This document shows, in pieces, positions 35,684 to 43,984 of a stretch of DNA of 64,000 nucleotides (its first letter is position 1; each line of letters starts with the position of its first letter). Source of the DNA: Candidatus Limnocylindrales bacterium (GTDB lineage Bacteria > Chloroflexota > Limnocylindria > Limnocylindrales > CSP1-4); NCBI GenBank assembly GCA_025450915.1, contig JANWLH010000066.1, positions 6,117-70,116 on the forward strand, given 5' to 3'. Made by a program: the position numbers and the translations under genes. A model generated the notes under the pieces. That model was not told the origin of the DNA and did not search any database. It worked only from the letters and a program-made list of their open reading frames with translations.

Positions 35684-37065
35684 TCGAGCCGCGATCGACG
35701 GAATCGCGGGCGACCGGCTCCCGGGCCACCGAGGCACCGGAGTCGGCACCAGACGGCCACGACCCGGAGATCGCGACGATTGCCCGCGATCCGGGCGACG
35801 GGCGGCACGCCTGGCTGATCGGGGGGCTTGCCCTCGCGCTCCTGGGTGGGGCAACGGCGAGCCAGCCGATCGCCGCCCTCGGCGTCGTGATCGCCGTCGT
35901 CGGCCTCCTGCGCTGGATCGCGGTCGACCGCGGCCTGCGGGGCGTGGTGGTGATCCGCGGGTTCGAGCGCGAACGGGTCGTCTGCGGCGACCAGCTCGAG
36001 ATGCGGCTGACGGTCCGCAACCGTGACCCGCTGCCGGTCCCCTGGGTCCGGATCGCCGAGGTCCTGCCCGACGAGCTCGAGCTCTCGTTGCCCGGCCGGG
36101 CGGTCGTCGAGCCCGAGACGACCCAGATCGGCGGCCGAGCCGAGCTGCGCAACGGCTGGTCCCTGGCGCCGTACCGCCGGATCACCCGCCGGGTCCAGCT
36201 CGTCGCCGGGCATCGCGGCGTGCACCGATTCGACCAGGTCCACCTGGCGGCCGGCGACCTCCTCGGGCGGACGATCGCGGAGGAGGATCGGTCGATGCCG
36301 GTCACCCTGATCGTGCGCCCGCGCCTCGTGGCCACGATGGCCCTCGACGCCCGCCACGACTGGCAGGGTGAGCGGACCACTCGCACGGGCCGGATCGACG
36401 ACCCAAGCCGGTTCGCCGGAGTCCGCCCGTACGCGGCCGGCGATCCGGTCCGCAGGATCCACTGGCGGGCGACCGCTCGATTGGGGGCGCCGGTCGTCAA
36501 GCGGTTCGACCCGGCTCGCGAGCGGGATGTCGTGATCGTCCTCGACATCGAGACGCGTGCCGAGGCATCTGGCCGGTCGCTTGCGGCCGAGCGCGAGGAC
36601 GAGGCAAACACGCTCGAGGAGCTGTGCATCGTCGCAGCCTCGCTGGCCCGCCAGTTCGAAGCGGAGGGTGCGGCCTGCGGCCTGGCCGCGGCATCGTTCG
36701 CGGGCAGCAACCGGCGGATCGTCTTCGCCGCACCGAGCGGGGCCGCCGGCCAGAGCGGCCGGATCGGTGACCTCCTTGCCCGGCTCGGCTCATTCCCCTC
36801 GGCGACATTCCCGCAGCTCCTCGGGAGCATGGCCCAGCTCGTCCGGCCCGGCACGCAGCTGGTCGTCGTGACGGCCCGCGACCCGCGGTCGTGGCTGGCC
36901 GTTGGCCGGCGCCTGGCACGGGGCGGGTTCGCGGTGGAGCTGCTCGCGCTGGGCGCCGGCGCAACCGGGCACGCCCGGGCGGCCCGCCGGGTCGGGATCG
37001 CTGCTCGAGCCGTCCGCCTCGACGCAGCCTGGAGGGAGAGCCGTGCGCTCGAACTGGTGGGCTGA
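35680..37065 (+). CDS. DUF58-domain protein (MoxR partner, vWA-like)
   Basis: GTGA overlap with the moxR stop. It has an N-terminal TM pair and the DUF58 signature FAGVRPYAAGDPVRRIHWRATARLGAPVVKRF. Confidence 0.88.
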   Translation: MIEPRSTESRATGSRATEAPESAPDGHDPEIATIARDPGDGRHAWLIGGLALALLGGATASQPIAALGVVIAVVGLLRWIAVDRGLRGVVVIRGFERERVVCGDQLEMRLTVRNRDPLPVPWVRIAEVLPDELELSLPGRAVVEPETTQIGGRAELRNGWSLAPYRRITRRVQLVAGHRGVHRFDQVHLAAGDLLGRTIAEEDRSMPVTLIVRPRLVATMALDARHDWQGERTTRTGRIDDPSRFAGVRPYAAGDPVRRIHWRATARLGAPVVKRFDPARERDVVIVLDIETRAEASGRSLAAEREDEANTLEELCIVAASLARQFEAEGAACGLAAASFAGSNRRIVFAAPSGAAGQSGRIGDLLARLGSFPSATFPQLLGSMAQLVRPGTQLVVVTARDPRSWLAVGRRLARGGFAVELLALGAGATGHARAARRVGIAARAVRLDAAWRESRALELVG

Positions 37066-38491
37066 TGTCGTCGAGCCGGCCTTCGTCGGCCTGACCGAGG
37101 GGATCTGGGTCGCCGTCCTCTACCTGCTCTTCGAGGTCGTCGGCGGGACCCCCGTCGCGTTCGGTCCGATCGCATTCGTCATCGTGACGTCGATCGCGGC
37201 CCTGGTCAGCCCACGGCTCGACCAATTCGGCTCGGCCCGCTGGCAGATCGTCAGCCTGGGTGCGATCCTCGTGGGGGTGCTCAGCACCCTGTTCGGGCCG
37301 GGCGCGCTTGCGGCTCTCGGCAGCGGCGGCCCGGGCGCCGCGTTCGGGGCGCACCCGGGTGGCTGGCTGCTCGGCCTGGCCGTCTTCAGGGGCATGGTCG
37401 CGGCCGGCTCGCTCGACGATCCCGACGGAGCGAGCCGGCCGTTCATCCGGGGCGTCCTGATCCTGACCGCGATCTGGCTCTATTCCGGCGTGCTGCCCGC
37501 CGCGACGGTGGCGTCGTTCCGGGAAGCAGCGATCGCTCCCACGCTGATCTTTGCGACGGTCGGCACCGCGGCGGTCGGGCTTCGGCGTGTCCACGCGATC
37601 GCCGCACCGGCGGGCATCGAATGGTGGCGCAATCGTGCCTGGCTGATGACCCTCGCCGTGCTCGTCACCGGCCTGACGCTGCTGGCAATCGTCCTCGCCG
37701 ACCAACTCACGACGGCCGTCCCCGCCGTCCTCAACCTGGCCGGATTCGCCGAGGTTGCCCTGTTCGTGCTGATCATCGCCGGCGTCGCGGGCGGGCGCCG
37801 CGGCCCGCGGCGATCGCGCCGGTCATCGTGGCGCGGCTACCTCGTGCTTGCCGGCTTCCTGATCCTGGGCGCGATCATCTATCACTTCCTGCATCCCGAC
37901 ACCGGCCTGCCGCCGGGCGCCTCGGGGCCGCCCCGCGCGGTCGCCGCGACAACCTCGAACGGGGTCCTTGGGGTGGTCATCGTCGTGGCGGTGCTGGTGG
38001 GGATCGCCCTGTTCGCGATCCTGCTCGCCCAGAGCCGCCGCCGGCCAAGTCCCGCACCCGAGCAGGGCCCGGCGCCGGACGACTCGGACTTCCAGGTCGA
38101 GGGACCCGGGCTGGGCTGGCTGCGGCGCGCCCGGGCCCGGCTCGTCGGTGAGCGGGCACCTCGTCGGCCGGGCAGTGCCGAGGCGGCGTACGTGGCCACG
38201 CTGGGGTTGCTCGAACCCTTGCGCGACCTGCGCCGGCTGCCCCAGGAGACGCCCCAGGCACATGCCCGGCGGGTCCGTGAAGCGGGCAGCGGGACGCTCG
38301 AGCTCGATCTCCTGGCGGCCGACTACGAGCTGTCGCGCTGGGGAGCGCGGACCTTGCCCTGGCGCGAGACGCAGCGGGCGATCAGTCGCTGGGATCGATC
38401 ACGAGCCTGGATCTCGGCCCGGATCCAGGCCGAGGAGGCCGCCCGCCAGCACGCCGAGGAGCGCGCGCGCAAGGACCGTGACGAGGCCTGA
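37043..38491 (+). CDS. Polytopic membrane protein with C-terminal DUF4129-like domain (third gene of MoxR operon)
   Basis: Start taken at GTG 37043 (GGAGGGAGAG SD) within ORF 36902..38491. It has multiple TM helices and the C-terminus ETPQAHARRV...LAADYELSRWG, typical of DUF4129 tails. Confidence 0.8.
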   Translation: MRSNWWADVVEPAFVGLTEGIWVAVLYLLFEVVGGTPVAFGPIAFVIVTSIAALVSPRLDQFGSARWQIVSLGAILVGVLSTLFGPGALAALGSGGPGAAFGAHPGGWLLGLAVFRGMVAAGSLDDPDGASRPFIRGVLILTAIWLYSGVLPAATVASFREAAIAPTLIFATVGTAAVGLRRVHAIAAPAGIEWWRNRAWLMTLAVLVTGLTLLAIVLADQLTTAVPAVLNLAGFAEVALFVLIIAGVAGGRRGPRRSRRSSWRGYLVLAGFLILGAIIYHFLHPDTGLPPGASGPPRAVAATTSNGVLGVVIVVAVLVGIALFAILLAQSRRRPSPAPEQGPAPDDSDFQVEGPGLGWLRRARARLVGERAPRRPGSAEAAYVATLGLLEPLRDLRRLPQETPQAHARRVREAGSGTLELDLLAADYELSRWGARTLPWRETQRAISRWDRSRAWISARIQAEEAARQHAEERARKDRDEA

Positions 38492-38494
38492 GGC

Positions 38495-39355
38495 CTACGG
38501 CTCGTCGAGCTCGTCGGGCTCCTCGACGAAGGCCTCGTCGGTCGTGACGTCGACCGGCAGCGCCCGGTCGAGGTCCTCGATCTCGTCGTCCTCGTCGTCC
38601 TCCTCGAGGTCTTCCTCGAGGTCCATCTCCTCGCGGATCAGGGTGCCCTTGGTGTACGGCCGCAGATCGGTCGACTTCGCCGCTGTCGGGAAGCTCACCT
38701 TGCCGTAGTTGCGGGGGTCCTGGAAGATCTCACGGATGATGATCCGGACGTCCTTGTCGCCGAGCGAGGTCACGCCGGCAAAGTACTTGTTGCCTTCGGC
38801 CATCAGCTTGAGCAGACGGGCCGCGACACGCGGCTCGACGATCCCGATGCGCATCCCGTTGCTGAAGGCCAGCAGCCGGTTGCCCTCCGGGGTCAGCTCG
38901 ACGGCGTCACCGGGATTGACCTGGGCCAGCTTGCGCGGATCGGCGAGGTCGGTGAGGAAGGCGAAGCCGGTCTTGCCGGTCTCCTCCACGAAGATCGAGA
39001 CGGGCGCCTTGCTCCCCTCCATCGCCGGAACGGTCTTCTCGCCGGCCTCGACGAGCAGCACCCGCAGGCGGTCGATGTTCCGTTCGGCGATGCGGTTGGT
39101 GGGATCGAGGGCCAGTGCGGTCTGGTAGTGCTCGCGGGCGGAGCCGAGCTCGCCGAGCTCCCAGAGCGACTTTGCCAGCCGATTCTCCGCCTCGGCATCC
39201 GGACCCATCTCGAGGATTCGCCGGTTCGTATCGGCCGAATCGCTCCACTGGGCCGCGGTCGCCTGGGCGATCGCCTGCTCGACCAGCTGGCGCTTCTGGC
39301 GAAGGGCCGTGGCCGCACTGGTCGTCGGGCTGGTTTCAACGTCGGAAAAGCTCAC
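38495..39355 (-). CDS. TPR-containing protein with acidic C-terminal tail (hypothetical)
   Basis: GTG start with a GAGAGGA SD. The TPR-like segment is LAKSLWELGELGSAREHYQTALALDPTN. The C-terminal tail is EEDLEEDDEDDEIEDLD. Confidence 0.8.
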   Translation of the reverse strand: MSFSDVETSPTTSAATALRQKRQLVEQAIAQATAAQWSDSADTNRRILEMGPDAEAENRLAKSLWELGELGSAREHYQTALALDPTNRIAERNIDRLRVLLVEAGEKTVPAMEGSKAPVSIFVEETGKTGFAFLTDLADPRKLAQVNPGDAVELTPEGNRLLAFSNGMRIGIVEPRVAARLLKLMAEGNKYFAGVTSLGDKDVRIIIREIFQDPRNYGKVSFPTAAKSTDLRPYTKGTLIREEMDLEEDLEEDDEDDEIEDLDRALPVDVTTDEAFVEEPDELDEP

Positions 39356-39469
39356 GGGGTAGGTCGTCCTCTCGGCGTTCTGTGCTGCTCGGCGCGTCGG
39401 GACCCGGCGCCAGGGACTGATGGGCAGGCGGCATCGCGGACCGAGCGCGGGCCAATGATCGGGCCACTG

Positions 39470-39498
39470 TTTCTAGCATCGTTGAGCCGATCCGTCAA
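39470..39498 (-). promoter_or_regulatory. Sigma-70-like promoter for the TPR gene
   Basis: Minus strand: TTGACG (39498-39493), a 17-nt spacer, TAGAAA (39475-39470). It lies about 110 nt upstream of GTG 39355. Confidence 0.45.
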
Positions 39499-39581
39499 CG
39501 CGACCCGCTCATTGCCGGGCACCGCGGGCGGTGGCGCCGGCCGGGGCAACGTGGCCCCGGGCGCCGCCCAGGCGAATTCTT

Positions 39582-39744
39582 CCCGTTTACCAACCCCCGT
39601 GTTCGTGCGCACAGACCCAGGCGGAATCGGGCGTCGGGGCGGCCCGGGCCACGCTCAACCGTGCACGAATCGCGTTCGTCTGGGCGCCATCGTCACCGAA
39701 TCCAGCCGCACGATCGCTCCACTACCACGGGGGCTGGTATTCGG
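39582..39744. repeat. Intergenic hairpin-repeat unit 1 (inverted 20-nt arms around CGTGCACGAATC core)
   Basis: Left arm CCCGTTTACCAACCCCCGTG (39582-39601). Right arm CCACGGGGGCTGGTATTCGG (39725-39744). Core CCGTGCACGAATC (39659-39671). The arms can form a 13-bp helix with one G-U pair. Confidence 0.7.
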
Positions 39745-39808
39745 ACATTTCCGGGTTGGGCCACGGCCACTTACCCGTGGGGCCACGAGCGCGCCGGCCC
39801 GGGTTCCT

Positions 39809-39962
39809 CCCGTTTACCAACCCCCGTGGTGGTACAGAAGGAGTCGAGCCGGTTCCTGCACGGATCTCGCGGCCCACGGCCCGGCCCGTGCACGGAACGG
39901 GCGGACCGGACAGGTATTCGCGCTCAGATCCTTCGTTACTACTCCGGCGGCTGGTATTCCGG
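39809..39962. repeat. Intergenic hairpin-repeat unit 2 (tandem copy, 227 bp from unit 1)
   Basis: Left arm CCCGTTTACCAACCCCCGTGG (39809-39829). Right arm TACTACTCCGGCGGCTGGTATTCCGG (39938-39962). Core CGTGCACGG (39887-39895). The arms extend to about 21 pairs over 27 positions. Confidence 0.7.
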
Positions 39963-40001
39963 AACGTTTGGGGCCGGTCCGGGCCACGACCCGGCACGGG
40001 G

Positions 40002-40856
40002 CTAGCGCAGGGCGACGTTCCAGGCGACCACCGCGACGCCGATCACGGCGAGGAGGGCCGTCTGCCAGATCCAGCGCGGGTCGCGGCGCTGGGCCGGCGG
40101 CGAGCCGTGGATCGCGTCCCACAGGAAGAAGACCAGGGTCACGATCGCCGGACCCAGGAGGCGCGGCAGGGCTACGGCCCGGATCGCGCCGGCCGCGATC
40201 GCCACGACGGCGGCATACGTGCCGGCCGACCACAGCGCCGCCCGTCGCGTCCGCTCCCTGAGCACCGACAGGCGGAATCCGAGCAGCCCACCGACGATCG
40301 CGTCGCTCAGCGCGAGGACGACGAGGGTGGACTCGGAGAGTGCGGTCGCGATCCCCGTGCCCGACCCGCCACCGGAGGGCTCGACGAGCCCGCCCTGGAC
40401 GAGCGCCGCCGAACCGATGAAGGCGAGGAATGAGACGAGGACGGACAGTCCGAGGACGGCCGAGCGATCGTCGGCGCTCGCCGGGCTGACCCGGCTGGAC
40501 AGGTGCTGCTCGAGCGCCAAAGAGCGGTCCACGAGGATCGCCGCAAGCCCGATCCCCACCACGATCGGCAGGCCGTCCGGGATGATCTGGATGACCCCGA
40601 CGCAGGCCATCGCCGCGAGGGCCGGGATGATCGTCGTCTCGATGGCGATCCCCCGGGGATGACCGTCACCGAGCAGCCACAGGCTCCCCGCCAGGACCGA
40701 CCCGCCCAGCAGTCCGGCGACGACCCACTCGAGCGGTCCGTCGACCAGGCGCGACAGCCCGATCACGACCGACGCCATCAGGACGAGCTCGCGCCGGGCG
40801 GCTGTCCGCGAATCCATCGCCGGGATGGTACGCGACCGGCTGCTCGCCTCAACCAT
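40002..40856 (-). CDS. Polytopic membrane protein (hypothetical)
   Basis: Multiple hydrophobic helices. The ATG at 40856 overlaps the polX stop in ATGGTTGA. An alternative start is ATG 40817. Confidence 0.7.
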   Translation of the reverse strand: MVEASSRSRTIPAMDSRTAARRELVLMASVVIGLSRLVDGPLEWVVAGLLGGSVLAGSLWLLGDGHPRGIAIETTIIPALAAMACVGVIQIIPDGLPIVVGIGLAAILVDRSLALEQHLSSRVSPASADDRSAVLGLSVLVSFLAFIGSAALVQGGLVEPSGGGSGTGIATALSESTLVVLALSDAIVGGLLGFRLSVLRERTRRAALWSAGTYAAVVAIAAGAIRAVALPRLLGPAIVTLVFFLWDAIHGSPPAQRRDPRWIWQTALLAVIGVAVVAWNVALR

Positions 40857-42687
40857 GGGCGGCCAGCCGGTCACTCTTGGCCGCGACCCATCCAAGGAGG
40901 TCGGCGCGCGTGCGCGTATTGAGCACGGCTGCCGGCTCGACCCATGCCCGGCGGGCCTGCGAGACGGCCCACTCCAGGTGGCGGAACTCCTCGATCCGGT
41001 GGGCGTCGGAGTCGAGCGACAGCAGGCAGCCCGCCGCCACGGCCCGCCGGGCGCGCTGATCGGTGAGGTCGAGGCGATGGTCGGAGCCGTTCATCTCGAG
41101 CGCGGTCCCGGTCCGGGCAGCCTCCGCGAAGATCAGGTCCCAGTCCAGGTCGAGGTCGTCGCGCCCCTGGACCTTGCGTCCGGCAGGATGGGCGATGACG
41201 TCGACGTGCGGGCTGCGGATCGCCGCCAGGACCCGCCGGGTCAGCTGCTCCCGTGGCTGGCTTCGTCCGACGTGGAGCGAGGCGACGACGACATCGTACT
41301 GGCTGAGGAGCTCGTCGTCGTAGTCGAGCGTGGCATCGGAGCGGATCTCCAGCTCGCAGCCGTGGAGCAGCCGGAAGCCCTCGGCCGGAGTTGCCGGCGG
41401 CGCGGTCCCGTCCACTTCCTCGCGCGCGAAGCGGGCGTTCAGCTCGGCGACCACGGCACGCTGCAGCCGGACGCGATCGGGCGTCAGGCCCCTGGCGATC
41501 GCGAGCGAGCGGGTGTGGTCGGTGAGGACCTGGTAGGCGTGGCCACGGGCACGGGCAGCCTCGGCCATCTGCTCGATCGAGTGGACGCCGTCCGACCAGT
41601 CCGAGTGCGAGTGGAGGTCGCCGCGCAGGTCCGCCCGGTTGACCAGGCGGGGCAGGCTGCCGGCCAGGGCGGCCTCGATCTCGCCGCGGTCCTCGCGCAG
41701 CTCGGGCTCGATGAACGGCAGGTCGAGGAACGCGTAGGCCTCGGTCTCGGTCGGGAACGTCCGCAGCTCGGCCGGCGAGACCGCCGCTCCGTCCTCGTCG
41801 ATCCGCAGGAACCCCTTCTCGGACAGGCTCCAGCCCCGGTCCCGGGCGATCGCCCGCAGGCGGATGGTGTGGTCCGTCGAGCCGGTGAAGTGGACCATGT
41901 ACGTGCCGGCCTCACCCGGCGGCATGATCATCAGGTCGACCTGCGGGCCACCGGCGAGGACGATCGCTGCCTTGTGCCCACCGGCGCCGAGGACACGCTC
42001 GACGCCGGGCAGCGTCGTGAACCGTTCGACGAGCGCTCCGGCGTCCGTCGTCTCGGCGAGCAGATCGAGGTCCCCGATCGTCTCGCGGCGGCGGCGATAC
42101 GAGCCGGCCGGTTCGAGGCGGGTCACGCCGGGCACGGAGCCGAGCTCGGCAACGAGCCCTTCGATGATCTCGTCGGCCTCGCCCATGAGCAGCCGGTCGG
42201 GGCGCGTGTCGAGCGAGGCGATCCCGGCGAGGATCGACGCCTCGGCCTTCTCGGAGAGGCCCTTGACGGTGCGCAGGCGGCCGCCCTGCGCGGCGGCGCG
42301 CAACCCGTCCAGGTCGGCGATCCCCAGCGACTCGGACAGGATCCGGACGGTCTTCGGGCCGACGCCGGGCACCCGCAGGAGGCCGATCAGGCCGGCCGGC
42401 ACCTCGGCCGCGAGGCGGTCGTAGAACGCGAGATGGCCGGTGCGGGCCAGCTCGGCGATCTTGTCGCTGATCGCCTGCCCAACGCCCGCGATCTTCGGCG
42501 GGTTGCCCTCCTCGTAGGCCCGCGACAGCTCGACCGGGTAATGGCCGATCGCATCGGCCGCCCGGTGGTAGGCGACGGTCTTGAACACGAGCTCGCCCTT
42601 GACCTCGAGCATGTCGCCGATCTCGTGGAAGATCGCGGCGAGGGCGGCGTTCGAGAGCAGGGGTCGGTCGGCCTCGGCATCGGGCAT
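40849..42687 (-). CDS. polX: DNA polymerase X family protein with C-terminal PHP (3'-5' exonuclease/phosphoesterase) domain
   Basis: ORF trimmed to ATG 42687. It has HhH motifs (IAGVGQAISDKI, VPGVGPKTV), the Pol-beta-like palm GSYRRRRETIGDLDLL, and PHP motifs GDLHSHSDWSDG and HPAGR. Confidence 0.92.
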   Translation of the reverse strand: MPDAEADRPLLSNAALAAIFHEIGDMLEVKGELVFKTVAYHRAADAIGHYPVELSRAYEEGNPPKIAGVGQAISDKIAELARTGHLAFYDRLAAEVPAGLIGLLRVPGVGPKTVRILSESLGIADLDGLRAAAQGGRLRTVKGLSEKAEASILAGIASLDTRPDRLLMGEADEIIEGLVAELGSVPGVTRLEPAGSYRRRRETIGDLDLLAETTDAGALVERFTTLPGVERVLGAGGHKAAIVLAGGPQVDLMIMPPGEAGTYMVHFTGSTDHTIRLRAIARDRGWSLSEKGFLRIDEDGAAVSPAELRTFPTETEAYAFLDLPFIEPELREDRGEIEAALAGSLPRLVNRADLRGDLHSHSDWSDGVHSIEQMAEAARARGHAYQVLTDHTRSLAIARGLTPDRVRLQRAVVAELNARFAREEVDGTAPPATPAEGFRLLHGCELEIRSDATLDYDDELLSQYDVVVASLHVGRSQPREQLTRRVLAAIRSPHVDVIAHPAGRKVQGRDDLDLDWDLIFAEAARTGTALEMNGSDHRLDLTDQRARRAVAAGCLLSLDSDAHRIEEFRHLEWAVSQARRAWVEPAAVLNTRTRADLLGWVAAKSDRLAAHG

Positions 42688-42706
42688 GCCCGGATGGTAG
42701 CGGCGC

Positions 42707-43903
42707 TCAGGCGGCGACGACCTGGTTGCGTCCGCCGCGCTTGGCGCGATACAGGGCCCGGTCCGCCTGGTCGAGCAGCTCACCGATCGGCTCGTCGTGG
42801 CGGGCGCCGACGGCGACTCCGACCGAGACGCTCACGCCGGGTACCCGCCATTCGCTCAGGTCGAGCTGGTCGACTGCCACGCGGACCCGCTCGGCGACCT
42901 CGATCGCCACCTGGCGGGTCGCATGACGCAGGAGGACGGCAAATTCCTCGCCGCCGAAGCGGGCCGGCACGTCGCCATCCCGGACTGTCTCGGCGATCGC
43001 CTTGGCGACGGCCCGCAGGACCTGGTCGCCGACGTCATGGCCGTACGTGTCGTTGACCCGCTTGAACCAGTCGATGTCGACCATCAGGACGCCGACGCCG
43101 GGGTCGTCATCGGACCGGCGGTGCCGGCCGATCAGGCCGCAGAATTCCTCGAAGTAGCGCCGGTTCGGCAGGCCGGTCAGGGCATCGGTCGAGGCCCGGG
43201 CCGCCATCGCCCGCGAGGAATCGACCCGCTGGAGCGCCGCGGCCGCCTCCAGAGCGGCCCCGGCCAGGACCCGCTGCGTCGCGGCCGGCCAGGGCTCGGC
43301 GCTGCGCCGGGAGAGCGTGATCGCGCCGATGACCGCCCGGTCGGAGCGCAGCGGAACGGTCAGCGTGTTGCCGATCCCGAAGAAGGCCTCGATCGCGCCG
43401 GCGATCCGCTCGACGACCCGGTCCGGATCGCGATCAGCGGATCCGACGAGGTCGATCGCAGGCAGGGCGGAGGTCTGGCTCGGAACGCCGGGCCGCATCG
43501 AGACCAGGGTGGCCACGAGCGAACCCGAGTCGCCGTCGAGATGGGCGACGACACAGTGGTCGGCTGCCGTGACGCGACCGAGGTCACCGACCATCGATTC
43601 GACGATTGCCGCCGGCGAAACCGAGCGCGAGAGGCCCTGGAGGATCCGGGCGAAGCTCTCGGCCTCCGTGCGTCGGCTGGTGTCCACGCGCAGGAGCGCC
43701 TGGCGATGGAGCCAGGCGGCCGCCCCGACCACCGGAATCAGGCCAACGACCATGGCGCCGAAGGTCCGGGCCGAGCCGGTCAGGACGACGAGGATGGCCA
43801 TCCCGGCGAGGAGTCCGAATGATCCGCCGAGGAATCGCCAGGTCATCGAGATCCAGCGGTCCTGCGGGTCGCCCGGGCTCAATATCCGTTGGGGGCCGGC
43901 CAC
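42707..43903 (-). CDS. Membrane-anchored GAF-GGDEF diguanylate cyclase
   Basis: DALTGLPNRRYF and RFGGEEFAVLL form the active-site motif, with ADRALYRAKRGGRN at the end. There are two N-terminal TM helices. The start is ambiguous: GTG 43903 or ATG 43846. Confidence 0.88.
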   Translation of the reverse strand: MAGPQRILSPGDPQDRWISMTWRFLGGSFGLLAGMAILVVLTGSARTFGAMVVGLIPVVGAAAWLHRQALLRVDTSRRTEAESFARILQGLSRSVSPAAIVESMVGDLGRVTAADHCVVAHLDGDSGSLVATLVSMRPGVPSQTSALPAIDLVGSADRDPDRVVERIAGAIEAFFGIGNTLTVPLRSDRAVIGAITLSRRSAEPWPAATQRVLAGAALEAAAALQRVDSSRAMAARASTDALTGLPNRRYFEEFCGLIGRHRRSDDDPGVGVLMVDIDWFKRVNDTYGHDVGDQVLRAVAKAIAETVRDGDVPARFGGEEFAVLLRHATRQVAIEVAERVRVAVDQLDLSEWRVPGVSVSVGVAVGARHDEPIGELLDQADRALYRAKRGGRNQVVAA

Positions 43904-43984
43904 TCACCAAGGATGCGGTTGGAACATCCGTTCGTCCACCCGTTTTGGGTAGGACCTGTGTCGGTGGCCGGCGGTACCTTCGTA

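Noticed and set aside
39582-39962. The tandem repeats as a CRISPR array.
   Set aside because: There are only two units with a 227-bp period. The repeated parts are inverted arms rather than direct 25-40-bp repeats separated by unique spacers. No cas genes are in the window.
39582-39962. The ~190-nt long hairpins as 6S RNA, RNase P, SRP or tmRNA.
   Set aside because: I could not find the conserved blocks of those RNAs as I recall them (for example GAAAGUCCGG for RNase P, or the tmRNA 5' GGGGCUGA... plus tag ORF). The element is multi-copy, unlike housekeeping RNAs.
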